DNA from: Marine Group I thaumarchaeote
GTDB lineage: Archaea; Thermoproteota; Nitrososphaeria; Nitrososphaerales; Nitrosopumilaceae
Length of the DNA: 14,791 nucleotides
Direction: 5' to 3'
Assembly (NCBI GenBank): GCA_044358425.1
Contig: CP054849.1
Location: 959,298-974,088, forward strand
In this document: positions 1 to 8,430 of the stretch, piece after piece
How the letters are laid out: each line of letters starts with the position of its first letter
How positions within the stretch are numbered: the stretch's first letter is position 1
Program-made: the position numbers and the translations under genes
The notes under the pieces: model-generated
Databases searched by the model: none
What the model was told of the DNA's origin: nothing
What the model saw: only the letters and a program-made list of their open reading frames with translations

Positions 1-136
1 TGCTGTTTTCTTTGCAGGTTTTCTTTTAGCTGCTGTTTTCTTTGCAGGTTTTCTTTTAGCTGCTGTTTTCTTTGCAGGTTTTCTTTTAGCTGCTGTTTTC
101 TTTGCAGGTTTTCTTTTAGCTGCTGTTTTCTTTGCA
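1..136. repeat. Perfect 30-bp tandem repeat, about 4.5 copies visible
   Basis: The unit tgctgttttctttgcaggttttcttttagc is identical at 1, 31, 61 and 91, with a 16-nt partial copy at 121-136. It encodes AKRKPAKKTA on the minus strand. Confidence 0.98.
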
Positions 137-765
137 AGATATTCTTTTAATTTTTTTGATGCATTATCCAAAGCCTTAGTAATTCTTTCTTCAGATTTTG
201 TTCGTTTTTCAATTTCTTTTACAACTTTTGAAGCATTCTTGTGACTTGAGGAAATTGTACTACGAAGAGAGGGTTTTGATTTAGTTTGTTTTTTTATTTG
301 TGTGGTGATTTTAGATTTAATATCATCAAAATTTGTAACTTCATCAGTAATTTTTTTCAGTGTTTTTTGTCTGCTTTTTATTTCTGAAACTAATTCTTGA
401 ATATGATCATTTAATGAGCGTAATCTAGCCTCAGCATTTTGTTTTTCTTCAGGAGTATCAGCAAATTCTACCTCTTGTTCAGTTCTCTCAACTGCTTCTT
501 TTTCAGCATTTACTCTTTCTTCAGCATTTGCCACTAATCGTTCGATACTTTCCACCTGAGCATTTTTTCTTGTGAGATTTTCTGAAACATCTGAAACATC
601 CTCTTTTTCAGATTCAATTTTTTTAATCATTTTTTGTAAACCTGTTGCAGAACGTTTTTCTGCAGATTGAAGTTGTTTAAGTTCTTCTTCAGCTTTAAGT
701 TTTAGTTTGGTTGCTTCTTTTTTCTTTTTACGTAATTCCATTACTGTTTTTTCTAATGATGCCAA
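1..765 (-). CDS. Coiled-coil protein with C-terminal Lys/Ala/Pro-rich histone-H1-like repeats (3'-truncated at window edge)
   Basis: Hand translation gives 255 open codons from TTG at 765 (AGGA just upstream, in-frame stop further upstream at 799-801; alternative ATG at 741): MASLEKTVMELRKKKKEATKLKLKAEEELKQLQSAEKRS...KLKEYLAKKTA(AKRKPAKKTA)x4. There is no stop in the window, so it is absent from the ORF track. Confidence 0.9.
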   Translation of the reverse strand, partial: MASLEKTVMELRKKKKEATKLKLKAEEELKQLQSAEKRSATGLQKMIKKIESEKEDVSDVSENLTRKNAQVESIERLVANAEERVNAEKEAVERTEQEVEFADTPEEKQNAEARLRSLNDHIQELVSEIKSRQKTLKKITDEVTNFDDIKSKITTQIKKQTKSKPSLRSTISSSHKNASKVVKEIEKRTKSEERITKALDNASKKLKEYLAKKTAAKRKPAKKTAAKRKPAKKTAAKRKPAKKTAAKRKPAKKTA

Positions 766-900
766 TGAATTCCTAAAAATAAAGAGTGGATTAAGTTGTT
801 AATATGATCATGATTTGACTTTTCTGTTAAGAAAATTAACCAATATTGATCGCAAATGGATGATTTTAAAAAATATTAGTGATGAAATTTTATACAAACT

Positions 901-1212
901 ATGGAATTTCATCCAAAAGATTTACCAATTTCAAAAACATATGATCTAAAAAATGAAGAAGATGCAGTAAAAGCCATTGAAGACATGGTACTTTTAGGAT
1001 TCAAAGAAAAAAAAGAAGGCTACAAAGTGTTAATGCCAAAAGAAACCAAAATTGCAAAAAGAATCGGATACACAGTTACTACAGGAATTACAAAAGGATT
1101 AAGAGAGAAAAACGAGACCAGGGATGTAAAATATTGGACATACCATCATGATGATGAGCATTTTGCAATTGTTCTCATCGATAATTCAGTTTTAGAAGAA
1201 TTAGGTTTTTGA
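901..1212 (+). CDS. Hypothetical protein (103 aa)
   Basis: ATG start and protein-like composition; fills the space between neighbouring genes. No family recognised. Confidence 0.8.
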   Translation: MEFHPKDLPISKTYDLKNEEDAVKAIEDMVLLGFKEKKEGYKVLMPKETKIAKRIGYTVTTGITKGLREKNETRDVKYWTYHHDDEHFAIVLIDNSVLEELGF

Positions 1213-1869
1213 TTTATCAAAAATCTGGTATAATTTTGTTCTATTTGCCATCACTCCTGCCAACATTACACCAATTACAGTTCCACCAATTACATCCATT
1301 GGGAAATGCTGTAAAACATACAATCTGCTAATAGAAATCATTGCAGGATATATGAAAATCAAATAGGCACCACGAGGGAATCTTTCAGATAGGGCATATC
1401 CCAAAATGATTGCAAAAATCATAGATCTAGCTGCATGTCCAGACGGATATGATGCATCATATCCACCTTCACAAAATAAGGCAAAAGTATCATGACTGAT
1501 TTGAACAGGGAATTCAACTCCAATGTATTGATAGTCAGGCCGATCTCTATCAACACCACATTTGATGTAACCAGTAAGTAGAGTAGCAATTACAATTAAA
1601 ATCAATAAAGTAATTCCAACTCTTCTAGTTTTTGGAATTAATAGTACAATAATCGCAAATATCATCATGTTAAAAACATCTCCACTTTCAGTCACGTACT
1701 GCATGAAAATATCAAGAGTAGGATTACCAACATTTTCAGAAATAAAGAGAATTATATTTTGATCAAAATCATTAGTTAATTCAGAAAGTACAAAAGCTGT
1801 TAAAATGAGGAACAATGCCGTCAATAAGACAAAAGAACGGGAACGTATGTCAAATAGCCAGTTTTGCAA
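1201..1869 (-). CDS. PAP2-family membrane phosphatase
   Basis: All three PAP2 motifs are present: KxxxxxxRP (KCGVDRDRP), PSGH, and SRxxxxxHxxxD (SRLYVLQHFPMD). Several hydrophobic helices; TTG start. Confidence 0.93.
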   Translation of the reverse strand: MQNWLFDIRSRSFVLLTALFLILTAFVLSELTNDFDQNIILFISENVGNPTLDIFMQYVTESGDVFNMMIFAIIVLLIPKTRRVGITLLILIVIATLLTGYIKCGVDRDRPDYQYIGVEFPVQISHDTFALFCEGGYDASYPSGHAARSMIFAIILGYALSERFPRGAYLIFIYPAMISISRLYVLQHFPMDVIGGTVIGVMLAGVMANRTKLYQIFDKSKT

Positions 1870-2009
1870 TTAATTAAACCTCAACTATACATCTTTTAAT
1901 TTTTATTAATACATAGCCTTCAAAAAAATAACTCATATCAAACAAATAATTTTTTACAAATAATTTTGATCGGCTTAAAGATTTTAACCAAGTGCATAAT
2001 AGAAAAGGC

Positions 2010-3218
2010 GTGAAAGTTCTCACATTAGATGACTTTGATCTAGATAGTAAAACAGTATTTCTAAGAATGGATATGAATTGTCCAATAGATCCAGAAACAG
2101 GAGAAATTTTAGGTACTAAAAGAATAGAAGAAGCCATCGTAACACTTGAATCATTAAAAGATGCAAAAGTAGTGATAGCATCACATCAAGGAAGAGTTGG
2201 AAATAATGAGTATACAGGGATGCACAAGCATGCAGAAGTTCTTGAAAAATTAATGGGTAGAGAAATTAAATATGTTGAGGATACCATTGGAGAATCAGCA
2301 CAAAATGCAATTAAAAATTTAGAAAAAGGGGAGATATTACTTTTAGACAATCTTAGACTATGTGCTGAAGAAAATTATGAATTTACACCAGAAAATGCAG
2401 CAAAAACAATAATGGTCTCAAGATTATCTAAATTATTTGATCTTTGTGTATTAGATTCATTTCCAAGTGCACATAGATCACACCCATCAATTGTAGGATT
2501 TGCACAAGTATTACCATCTTGTGCAGGAAGAATTGTGGAAAGAGAAGTAAGAAACCTTGATGAAATGATGACAGTTGCTAAAGCACCACATGTGATTATT
2601 TTAGGAGGTTCTAAAGTACCAGATAGACTAGAGGCTATCAAATTATTAATTCAAAATGGTCGTGCAGATCATGTTTTACTAACAGGGTTAATCGGAAATG
2701 TGTTTATGCGAGCACAAGCCAGAATCAAATCACCTTTAGGAATCAAAAATGAGGATGAAGTAGTAGCTAAAGCACATTCATTAATTGGAGATTATCCAGA
2801 TGTTTTTGCAACTCCAGTAGATATTGCAATTGACAAAGATGGAGAAAGAGTAGAAATGGATGTCAGAGAAATCGGTAAAGGGGATAAAATTTTCGATTTA
2901 GGTCCCAAGACAGTAGAGTATTATTCAAAATTAATTTCAGGTGCAGGTACTGTTTTCATAAGTGGTCCTGCAGGATTTTTTGAAAAAGAGAATTTCAAAT
3001 ACGGAACATCAGAAATGCTTAATGCAGTTGCAAATTCAATGGCAACAACAATTGTTAGTGGGGGTCACTTAACAACAGCATTAAAACAACAAGGATTAGC
3101 AGATAAAATTAATCATATTAGTACAGCAGGTGGAGCACTAGTTCTTTATCTAACTGGAGAGAAACTTCCAATGATTAAATCATTAGAGGATGCTGCAATA
3201 AAACACAGATCTAAATAG
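2010..3218 (+). CDS. pgk: Phosphoglycerate kinase (archaeal type)
   Basis: Motifs RMDMNCP, ASHQGR, LDNLR, AHRSHPS, LGGSKV, GPAGFFE, SGGH and HISTAGGA. GTG at 2010 (MKVLTLDDFDL) is preferred to the track's start at 1992. Confidence 0.97.
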   Translation: MKVLTLDDFDLDSKTVFLRMDMNCPIDPETGEILGTKRIEEAIVTLESLKDAKVVIASHQGRVGNNEYTGMHKHAEVLEKLMGREIKYVEDTIGESAQNAIKNLEKGEILLLDNLRLCAEENYEFTPENAAKTIMVSRLSKLFDLCVLDSFPSAHRSHPSIVGFAQVLPSCAGRIVEREVRNLDEMMTVAKAPHVIILGGSKVPDRLEAIKLLIQNGRADHVLLTGLIGNVFMRAQARIKSPLGIKNEDEVVAKAHSLIGDYPDVFATPVDIAIDKDGERVEMDVREIGKGDKIFDLGPKTVEYYSKLISGAGTVFISGPAGFFEKENFKYGTSEMLNAVANSMATTIVSGGHLTTALKQQGLADKINHISTAGGALVLYLTGEKLPMIKSLEDAAIKHRSK

Positions 3219-3558
3219 TAGATTTACAAGTAGAGTTTGGACAAATCCTTTCTTCAGATGTCCCAAGAAAAATATCGTGATTACAGGAATTGCATTGAAA
3301 TTTCTCAACAGGGTCAAATAATTTTAAAAAGATAGTAGTAAAATTTTGTGCAATATTTCGGACCAAACCAGAATCACACATATTATTGAATAATGACTCG
3401 GTATCATCAATAATCCAAGAGGGATCAATATCACCATTAGATTTTAGAATTTCAAAAACTTCATCATTGGTAAATTTTTTATCTACATCATTAAATTTTT
3501 CAAATATTATTTTTCTAATTTGTAATTCTAAAGGCGTTGAAGGGGTAAAATCACTCAT
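3211..3558 (-). CDS. Hypothetical protein, possible winged-helix domain plus C-terminal Cys4 metal ribbon
   Basis: 115 aa with CNSC-x13-CPNSTC at the C-terminus. Starts 1 nt after the sufU stop. Confidence 0.8.
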   Translation of the reverse strand: MSDFTPSTPLELQIRKIIFEKFNDVDKKFTNDEVFEILKSNGDIDPSWIIDDTESLFNNMCDSGLVRNIAQNFTTIFLKLFDPVEKFQCNSCNHDIFLGTSEERICPNSTCKSTI

Positions 3559-3559
3559 A

Positions 3560-4003
3560 CTAGTACAGATTCTCGGCCTCGGCTTTTAGCTTATCTATTC
3601 CCTCAGTATTTTCAAGATGGGAGCCAAGATAGGTATACAATGCAGATTTCAAAACCTTAAGAGATAACAAAGCACATTTTATTCTGACAGCCTGTAAATG
3701 TTCAAGACCTAATTCACTTAAGACATCATTTTTTTCAATTTTCCTAACTTCATCAAGAGATTTTCCCTTAGTAATCTCAGTTAAAACAGAAGTACAAGCC
3801 ATACAAATTGCACATCCCTTTCCGTGAAATTTAATATCAGAAACTTTCTGATCATCAATTTTCATATCAATATCAATACTATCTCCACATAAAGGATTGG
3901 AATCATGAAATGTAACATCATGATCTTCAATTTCACCATAATTAATGGGATTTCTAGAATAATCAACTATCATTTCATGATAAATGTCAGTTCCACTGCT
4001 CAT
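3560..4003 (-). CDS. sufU: SufU/IscU-family (NifU N-terminal) Fe-S assembly protein
   Basis: NPLCGD, GCAIC and RIKCALL motifs; ATGA overlap with sufS. Confidence 0.92.
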   Translation of the reverse strand: MSSGTDIYHEMIVDYSRNPINYGEIEDHDVTFHDSNPLCGDSIDIDMKIDDQKVSDIKFHGKGCAICMACTSVLTEITKGKSLDEVRKIEKNDVLSELGLEHLQAVRIKCALLSLKVLKSALYTYLGSHLENTEGIDKLKAEAENLY

Positions 4004-5244
4004 AACTTAAACACCTTTGCCACTATATTTAATGAATCGATTAAAGCATCAACATCTTCTTTTGTATTATAAATATAGAAACTAGCTCTAGAAGTAGCTG
4101 CAACATTTAGCCGTTCCATTAGAACTTGAGCACAATGATGACCTGAACGCAATGAAATTCCTTCTTTATCAATAATGTCAGCAACATCATGAGGGTGTAC
4201 ATCTGCAAAATTAAATGAAATCACACCACCACGTTTTGCAATATCTTTAGTACCGTAAATTTGAAGTCCAGGAATTTTTGCAAATTTCTCTAGAGCATAT
4301 GTAGTTAATTCAATTTCATGTTGTCTAACATTATCCATTCCAATCTTTGTAAGATAATCGATTGCTGCACCAAAACCAATTACATCAGCAATATTTGGAG
4401 TGCCTGCTTCAAACTTGTAAGGTAATTCATTCCAAGTTGTTTCATATTTGTGAACTTCACGAATCATATCTCCTCCACCATGAAATGGATTCATTGTTTG
4501 TAGTACAGATTTTCTTACCCATAAGATACCAACTCCAGTTGGAGCCAACATCTTATGACCAGAAAATGCAAAGAAATCACATCCAAGGGTGTCAAGATCA
4601 ACTTTCATGTGAGGTACTGCTTGTGCACCATCTATCAAAGTAAGAACTCCAGCAGCTTTACATTTTTCTATAATTTTTTTAGCATCAGTAATTGTTCCAA
4701 GAACATTAGACATCAAACTAAATGTAACAAGTTTAACTTTTCCAGTTGCAAGATATTTATCCAAATCATCTAAATTTAATTCCCCATCATCATCCATTCC
4801 AATGTACTCTAATTTTGCACGTTTTTCTTGTGTGAGTAATTGCCACGGTACAATATTACTATGATGCTCATATTCAGTAGTTACAATTATGTCACCCTCA
4901 TTGACATGAGATCTTCCCCAGGCATATGCAACTAAATTGATTGCTTCAGTAGTACCTCTAACAAAAATTATTTCTTGACGATTTTTAACATTTACAAAAT
5001 TTGCAATTTTATCTCTTGCAGTTTCATATGCTTCAGTAGATTCTTCAGCAAGAGCATAAACTGCACGGTGAATATTTGCATTATGATTTTGATAATAATC
5101 AGTAATAGCATCAATTACTTGATTTGGTTTTTGTGTTGTAGATGCATTATCAAGATAAACTAAAGGCTTGTTATCTCTAACAGTTCTTTTTAAAATAGGA
5201 AAATCTTTTCGTATATTTTCAAAAGAGGATTCAGTACTTTGCAA
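4000..5244 (-). CDS. sufS: Cysteine desulfurase, group II (SufS)
   Basis: YLDNASTTQKP, EHHSN, SGHKM (PLP lysine), VHPHD and RSGHHCAQ (catalytic Cys). TTG start preceded by GGAGG. Confidence 0.97.
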   Translation of the reverse strand: MQSTESSFENIRKDFPILKRTVRDNKPLVYLDNASTTQKPNQVIDAITDYYQNHNANIHRAVYALAEESTEAYETARDKIANFVNVKNRQEIIFVRGTTEAINLVAYAWGRSHVNEGDIIVTTEYEHHSNIVPWQLLTQEKRAKLEYIGMDDDGELNLDDLDKYLATGKVKLVTFSLMSNVLGTITDAKKIIEKCKAAGVLTLIDGAQAVPHMKVDLDTLGCDFFAFSGHKMLAPTGVGILWVRKSVLQTMNPFHGGGDMIREVHKYETTWNELPYKFEAGTPNIADVIGFGAAIDYLTKIGMDNVRQHEIELTTYALEKFAKIPGLQIYGTKDIAKRGGVISFNFADVHPHDVADIIDKEGISLRSGHHCAQVLMERLNVAATSRASFYIYNTKEDVDALIDSLNIVAKVFKL

Positions 5245-5247
5245 TTC

Positions 5248-5565
5248 TCATACCTCCACAAAAATTTCATTGTTATCGACTTTTACAGGATATACTTTAA
5301 GTGCAGTTTCAGCAGGAAGATTATTGGGTTTTCCATTAACTAAATTAAAAACAGAAAGATGTAATGGACATCTTACACCCTCTTTACTAAGAAATCCTGT
5401 AGAAAGATCTGCATCTGCATGAGTACAAATTAAATCAGTTGCATGAATGGTACCATCAAGATTAGCTATCAATAATTTCCTACCATCTTGAACAAATCCA
5501 AAAAGTTCACCTTTCTTTACTTGATCTAAACTACATGCTTTAATCCATTCAGACAAAATTATCAC
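5248..5565 (-). CDS. Rieske-type [2Fe-2S] ferredoxin
   Basis: CTH...CPLH ligand motif. The GTG start overlaps the sufD stop (GTGA); an alternative TTG lies at 5556. Confidence 0.93.
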   Translation of the reverse strand: MIILSEWIKACSLDQVKKGELFGFVQDGRKLLIANLDGTIHATDLICTHADADLSTGFLSKEGVRCPLHLSVFNLVNGKPNNLPAETALKVYPVKVDNNEIFVEV

Positions 5566-6962
5566 CTGTACTTGTAATGTTGCTCAATTTCAGAATTTTC
5601 ATCATATCTCGTCTCTTCAATTTCAACAAACTTAGCTAGTTCCTCATCAGTATTTATACTGAGTTCACGATTATCCCATTTTGATTCGATAAGATATGCA
5701 ATCCATGCTCTAACTTGAAAAGACATTTTTCTAGACAATGGTTCTAAAAAGCCTTCAACAATAGTTCTTTCAGCTTCCTCATGACTAAGACATCTAGTTT
5801 TCAGATAGAAAATTTGCTCTTCATCTATTTGTGCAACAGATGCAGAGTGAGTTGCTTTAACATCATTAGTAAAAATTTCCAATCCAGGAATGGCATCTGA
5901 TTTTGCATCCTCATCAAGTAAAATTGAACGACCTGACAAGAAAGAATTAGATTTAGAAGCATTTTCTTTAATCCGAATCATTCCTTTGAAAAGAGATTTA
6001 GATTTATTTCGAAGAATAGATTTTTCAACTACTCTCCCTTCAGTAGCAGGACTTTCATGGTTTACATTAGTTTGAATATCAAATGATTGTTCGTTATTTC
6101 CAAAAATAACTTCAGAATCATTAGATGATGCACCAGTTCCATTAAGGAAATACTCAATTTTGTATCTAGACAACATAGAACCAAATAATCCAGAATACCA
6201 GTTTACTTTTGCATCTTGACCTAAATCAGTTCGTTTAGTAGAAAATGTAACAGCGTTTTGATCTAACATTTGTAAAGTGGTGACATCCAATTGAGCATTA
6301 TCACCAACATTAGTATTCATTAATTCAAGGTATGCCTGTTGTGTTTCAATTTTTGGAGAATACAGTTCCTGAACAATTGTAGCCTTACTACTTTCATCAG
6401 CAAAAATAACATTTCTAGAAATTGTAGAATGTCCATCTTCAGATAAACAAGTCAAAAAGTAAATGGGTTTTTCCAAGATAAAGTTTCTAGGAATATGAAT
6501 AAAAATTCCTGAATTAAATGCTGCATTATTCAAAGCTGTAAATCTATCTTCTTCAGAACTAGAGGCCTCTAATGCTTTTTTTACCAATTCAGAATTGTTT
6601 TGGATTGCATCAGAAATTGAAGAAATCACTAATCCTTTTGATTTTAATTCGTCAGGTAAATTGATTTTATGGATATTTGTTCCAATTTGAATAATACAAA
6701 TTTCTTTTTCTAACTCTCCCAATCTTTTTTCAAGAAAAGATGGAATCGTTTCGGTAGTGGTAGTAGAAAGAGATACTTTATCAGGATCCATTTTTTTAGC
6801 ATCAGTGTATTTGTTGTATAGTGGAGATGTCTCAATAGGCAAATTATCATAAACAGATAATGAATTTTTTCTGTAATCCTTTAACCAATCAGGTTCATTT
6901 CTAGATGAAGAAATTTCTTCAATATGAGTAGTATTTAATTTTGAAAGGATTTCTTGAGACAT
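5562..6962 (-). CDS. sufD: Fe-S cluster assembly protein SufD
   Basis: SufBD beta-helix family; FTALNNA and PGLEIFTNDVKATHSASVAQIDEEQIFYLKTR, which includes the conserved His. Follows sufB. Confidence 0.92.
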   Translation of the reverse strand: MSQEILSKLNTTHIEEISSSRNEPDWLKDYRKNSLSVYDNLPIETSPLYNKYTDAKKMDPDKVSLSTTTTETIPSFLEKRLGELEKEICIIQIGTNIHKINLPDELKSKGLVISSISDAIQNNSELVKKALEASSSEEDRFTALNNAAFNSGIFIHIPRNFILEKPIYFLTCLSEDGHSTISRNVIFADESSKATIVQELYSPKIETQQAYLELMNTNVGDNAQLDVTTLQMLDQNAVTFSTKRTDLGQDAKVNWYSGLFGSMLSRYKIEYFLNGTGASSNDSEVIFGNNEQSFDIQTNVNHESPATEGRVVEKSILRNKSKSLFKGMIRIKENASKSNSFLSGRSILLDEDAKSDAIPGLEIFTNDVKATHSASVAQIDEEQIFYLKTRCLSHEEAERTIVEGFLEPLSRKMSFQVRAWIAYLIESKWDNRELSINTDEELAKFVEIEETRYDENSEIEQHYKYR

Positions 6963-6988
6963 GATTTACCATTATGTGAATTTAGATT

Positions 6989-8389
6989 TTATCCTACAGA
7001 ATCATCCATTTCTAATTTAATGAGTCTGTTTAGTTCAACTGCATATTCCATAGGTAACTCTTTGGTAAATGGTTCCATAAATCCATTAACAATTAAAGAC
7101 AATGCATCTTCCTCACTAAATCCTCTAGACATAAGATAGAAAATTTGATCATCACCAATTTTTCCAACTGTTGCTTCGTGAGTGATTGTTGCATCCTCTT
7201 GATCAATGACCATGTATGGGTATGTATCAGTTTTTGAAGTATCGTCTAATAGTAAAGCATCACATCTAACAGTTGATTTCACGTTAGTAGCACCTTTTGC
7301 AACATTTAACATTCCTCTGTAAGTTGAACGGCCATCCATTCTACTTACAGATTTAGAGGTAACTTTTGAAGTAGTATTTGGTGCAAGGTGTACCATTTTA
7401 GCTCCAGTGTCTTGATGTTGTCCTTTACCTGCAAATGCAATAGACAATGTCTCACCATATGCTCTCTCACCCATCAAATAAACACCAGGATATTTCATTG
7501 TCAATTTACTTCCAATGTTTCCATCAATCCATTCAACAGTAGCTCCCTCATATGCATAAGCACGTTTTGTTACAAGATTGTAAACATCAGAACTCCAATT
7601 TTGAATTGTAGTATATCTTAATTTTGCATCTTTGTGTGCAACTAGTTCAACAACAGCAGAGTGAAGAGACTCTGACGAATAAACTGGAGCAGTACAACCC
7701 TCAATGTAGTGTACTTCTGCACCCTCATCAACAATGATCAAAGTTCTTTCAAATTGACCAATATTTTCTGCATTAATTCTAAAGTATGCTTGTAAAGGCA
7801 TGTCAATATGAACGCCTGGTGGAACATAGATGAATGAACCACCACTCCAAACTGCACTGTTTAGTGCTGCAAATTTGTTATCCTCTGGAGGAATAATTTT
7901 ACCAAAGTATTTTTTAAAAATTTCAGGATGATCAATTAATGCTTGATCAGTATCTAGAAACAAAACACCTTGTTTTGCTAAATCTTCTCTTAGACTATGG
8001 TAAACAACCTCAGATTCATATTGTGCACCAACACCTGCCAAAAATTTCTTTTCAGCTTCTGGAATTCCAAGTTTATCAAAAGTTTTTTTAACATTGTCTG
8101 GAACATCATCCCAATTTTTTTCAGTTTTATCTGATGCTTTAGCATAATAGTAAATATTTTGGAAATCGATAACACTAAGATCTCCACCCCAAGTTGGCAT
8201 TGGTTTTTCCATAAAGACTTCATAAGATCTAATTCGAAAGTCAAGCATCCATTGTGGCTCATTTTTCATTTTACTAATTTCAATTACAGTTTCTTTAGAA
8301 AGTCCTTTTTTACTTAGGTGGACATACATTTCTGTAGAATCTTTAAAGTCATATTTTGTATAATCAATGTCAATATTTTCTGTTGCCAT
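6989..8389 (-). CDS. sufB: Fe-S cluster assembly protein SufB
   Basis: [46 protein letters not shown] and ELPMEYAVE motifs. Confidence 0.98.
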   Translation of the reverse strand: MATENIDIDYTKYDFKDSTEMYVHLSKKGLSKETVIEISKMKNEPQWMLDFRIRSYEVFMEKPMPTWGGDLSVIDFQNIYYYAKASDKTEKNWDDVPDNVKKTFDKLGIPEAEKKFLAGVGAQYESEVVYHSLREDLAKQGVLFLDTDQALIDHPEIFKKYFGKIIPPEDNKFAALNSAVWSGGSFIYVPPGVHIDMPLQAYFRINAENIGQFERTLIIVDEGAEVHYIEGCTAPVYSSESLHSAVVELVAHKDAKLRYTTIQNWSSDVYNLVTKRAYAYEGATVEWIDGNIGSKLTMKYPGVYLMGERAYGETLSIAFAGKGQHQDTGAKMVHLAPNTTSKVTSKSVSRMDGRSTYRGMLNVAKGATNVKSTVRCDALLLDDTSKTDTYPYMVIDQEDATITHEATVGKIGDDQIFYLMSRGFSEEDALSLIVNGFMEPFTKELPMEYAVELNRLIKLEMDDSVG

Positions 8390-8410
8390 GATTGAGATAA
8401 CCCCGTTATA

Positions 8411-8418
8411 TTATAAAT
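8411..8418 (-). promoter_or_regulatory. Putative TATA box of the suf operon
   Basis: Minus-strand ATTTATAA lies 22-29 nt upstream of the sufB ATG, the spacing expected for a leaderless archaeal transcript. Confidence 0.6.
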
Positions 8419-8430
8419 ACATGAGGAAAA

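Noticed and set aside
1-136. 30-bp repeats as a CRISPR array
   Set aside because: The copies are head-to-tail with no spacers, are in frame within a CDS, and no cas genes are present.
800-850. Short palindromes (ATCATGAT, CAATATTG) in the first intergenic region
   Set aside because: 8-bp palindromes are expected by chance in AT-rich DNA and nothing else supports them.
1874-2641. ORFs 1874-2137 and 2375-2641 (minus strand)
   Set aside because: They are antisense shadows of pgk and its promoter with no recognisable motifs.
3386-8262. Short alternative ORFs in the suf operon (3386, 4362, 4555, 4975, 5168, 5890, 6954, 7388, 7990)
   Set aside because: All lie within or opposite well-supported genes and have non-protein-like composition.
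5562-8389. SufB and SufD both being exactly 466 aa, suggesting a recent duplication
   Set aside because: They are ancient, highly diverged paralogues with different N- and C-terminal extensions, so the equal length is coincidence.
6989-8389. Intein in SufB
   Set aside because: The protein has normal length and the EGCTAP region is uninterrupted.
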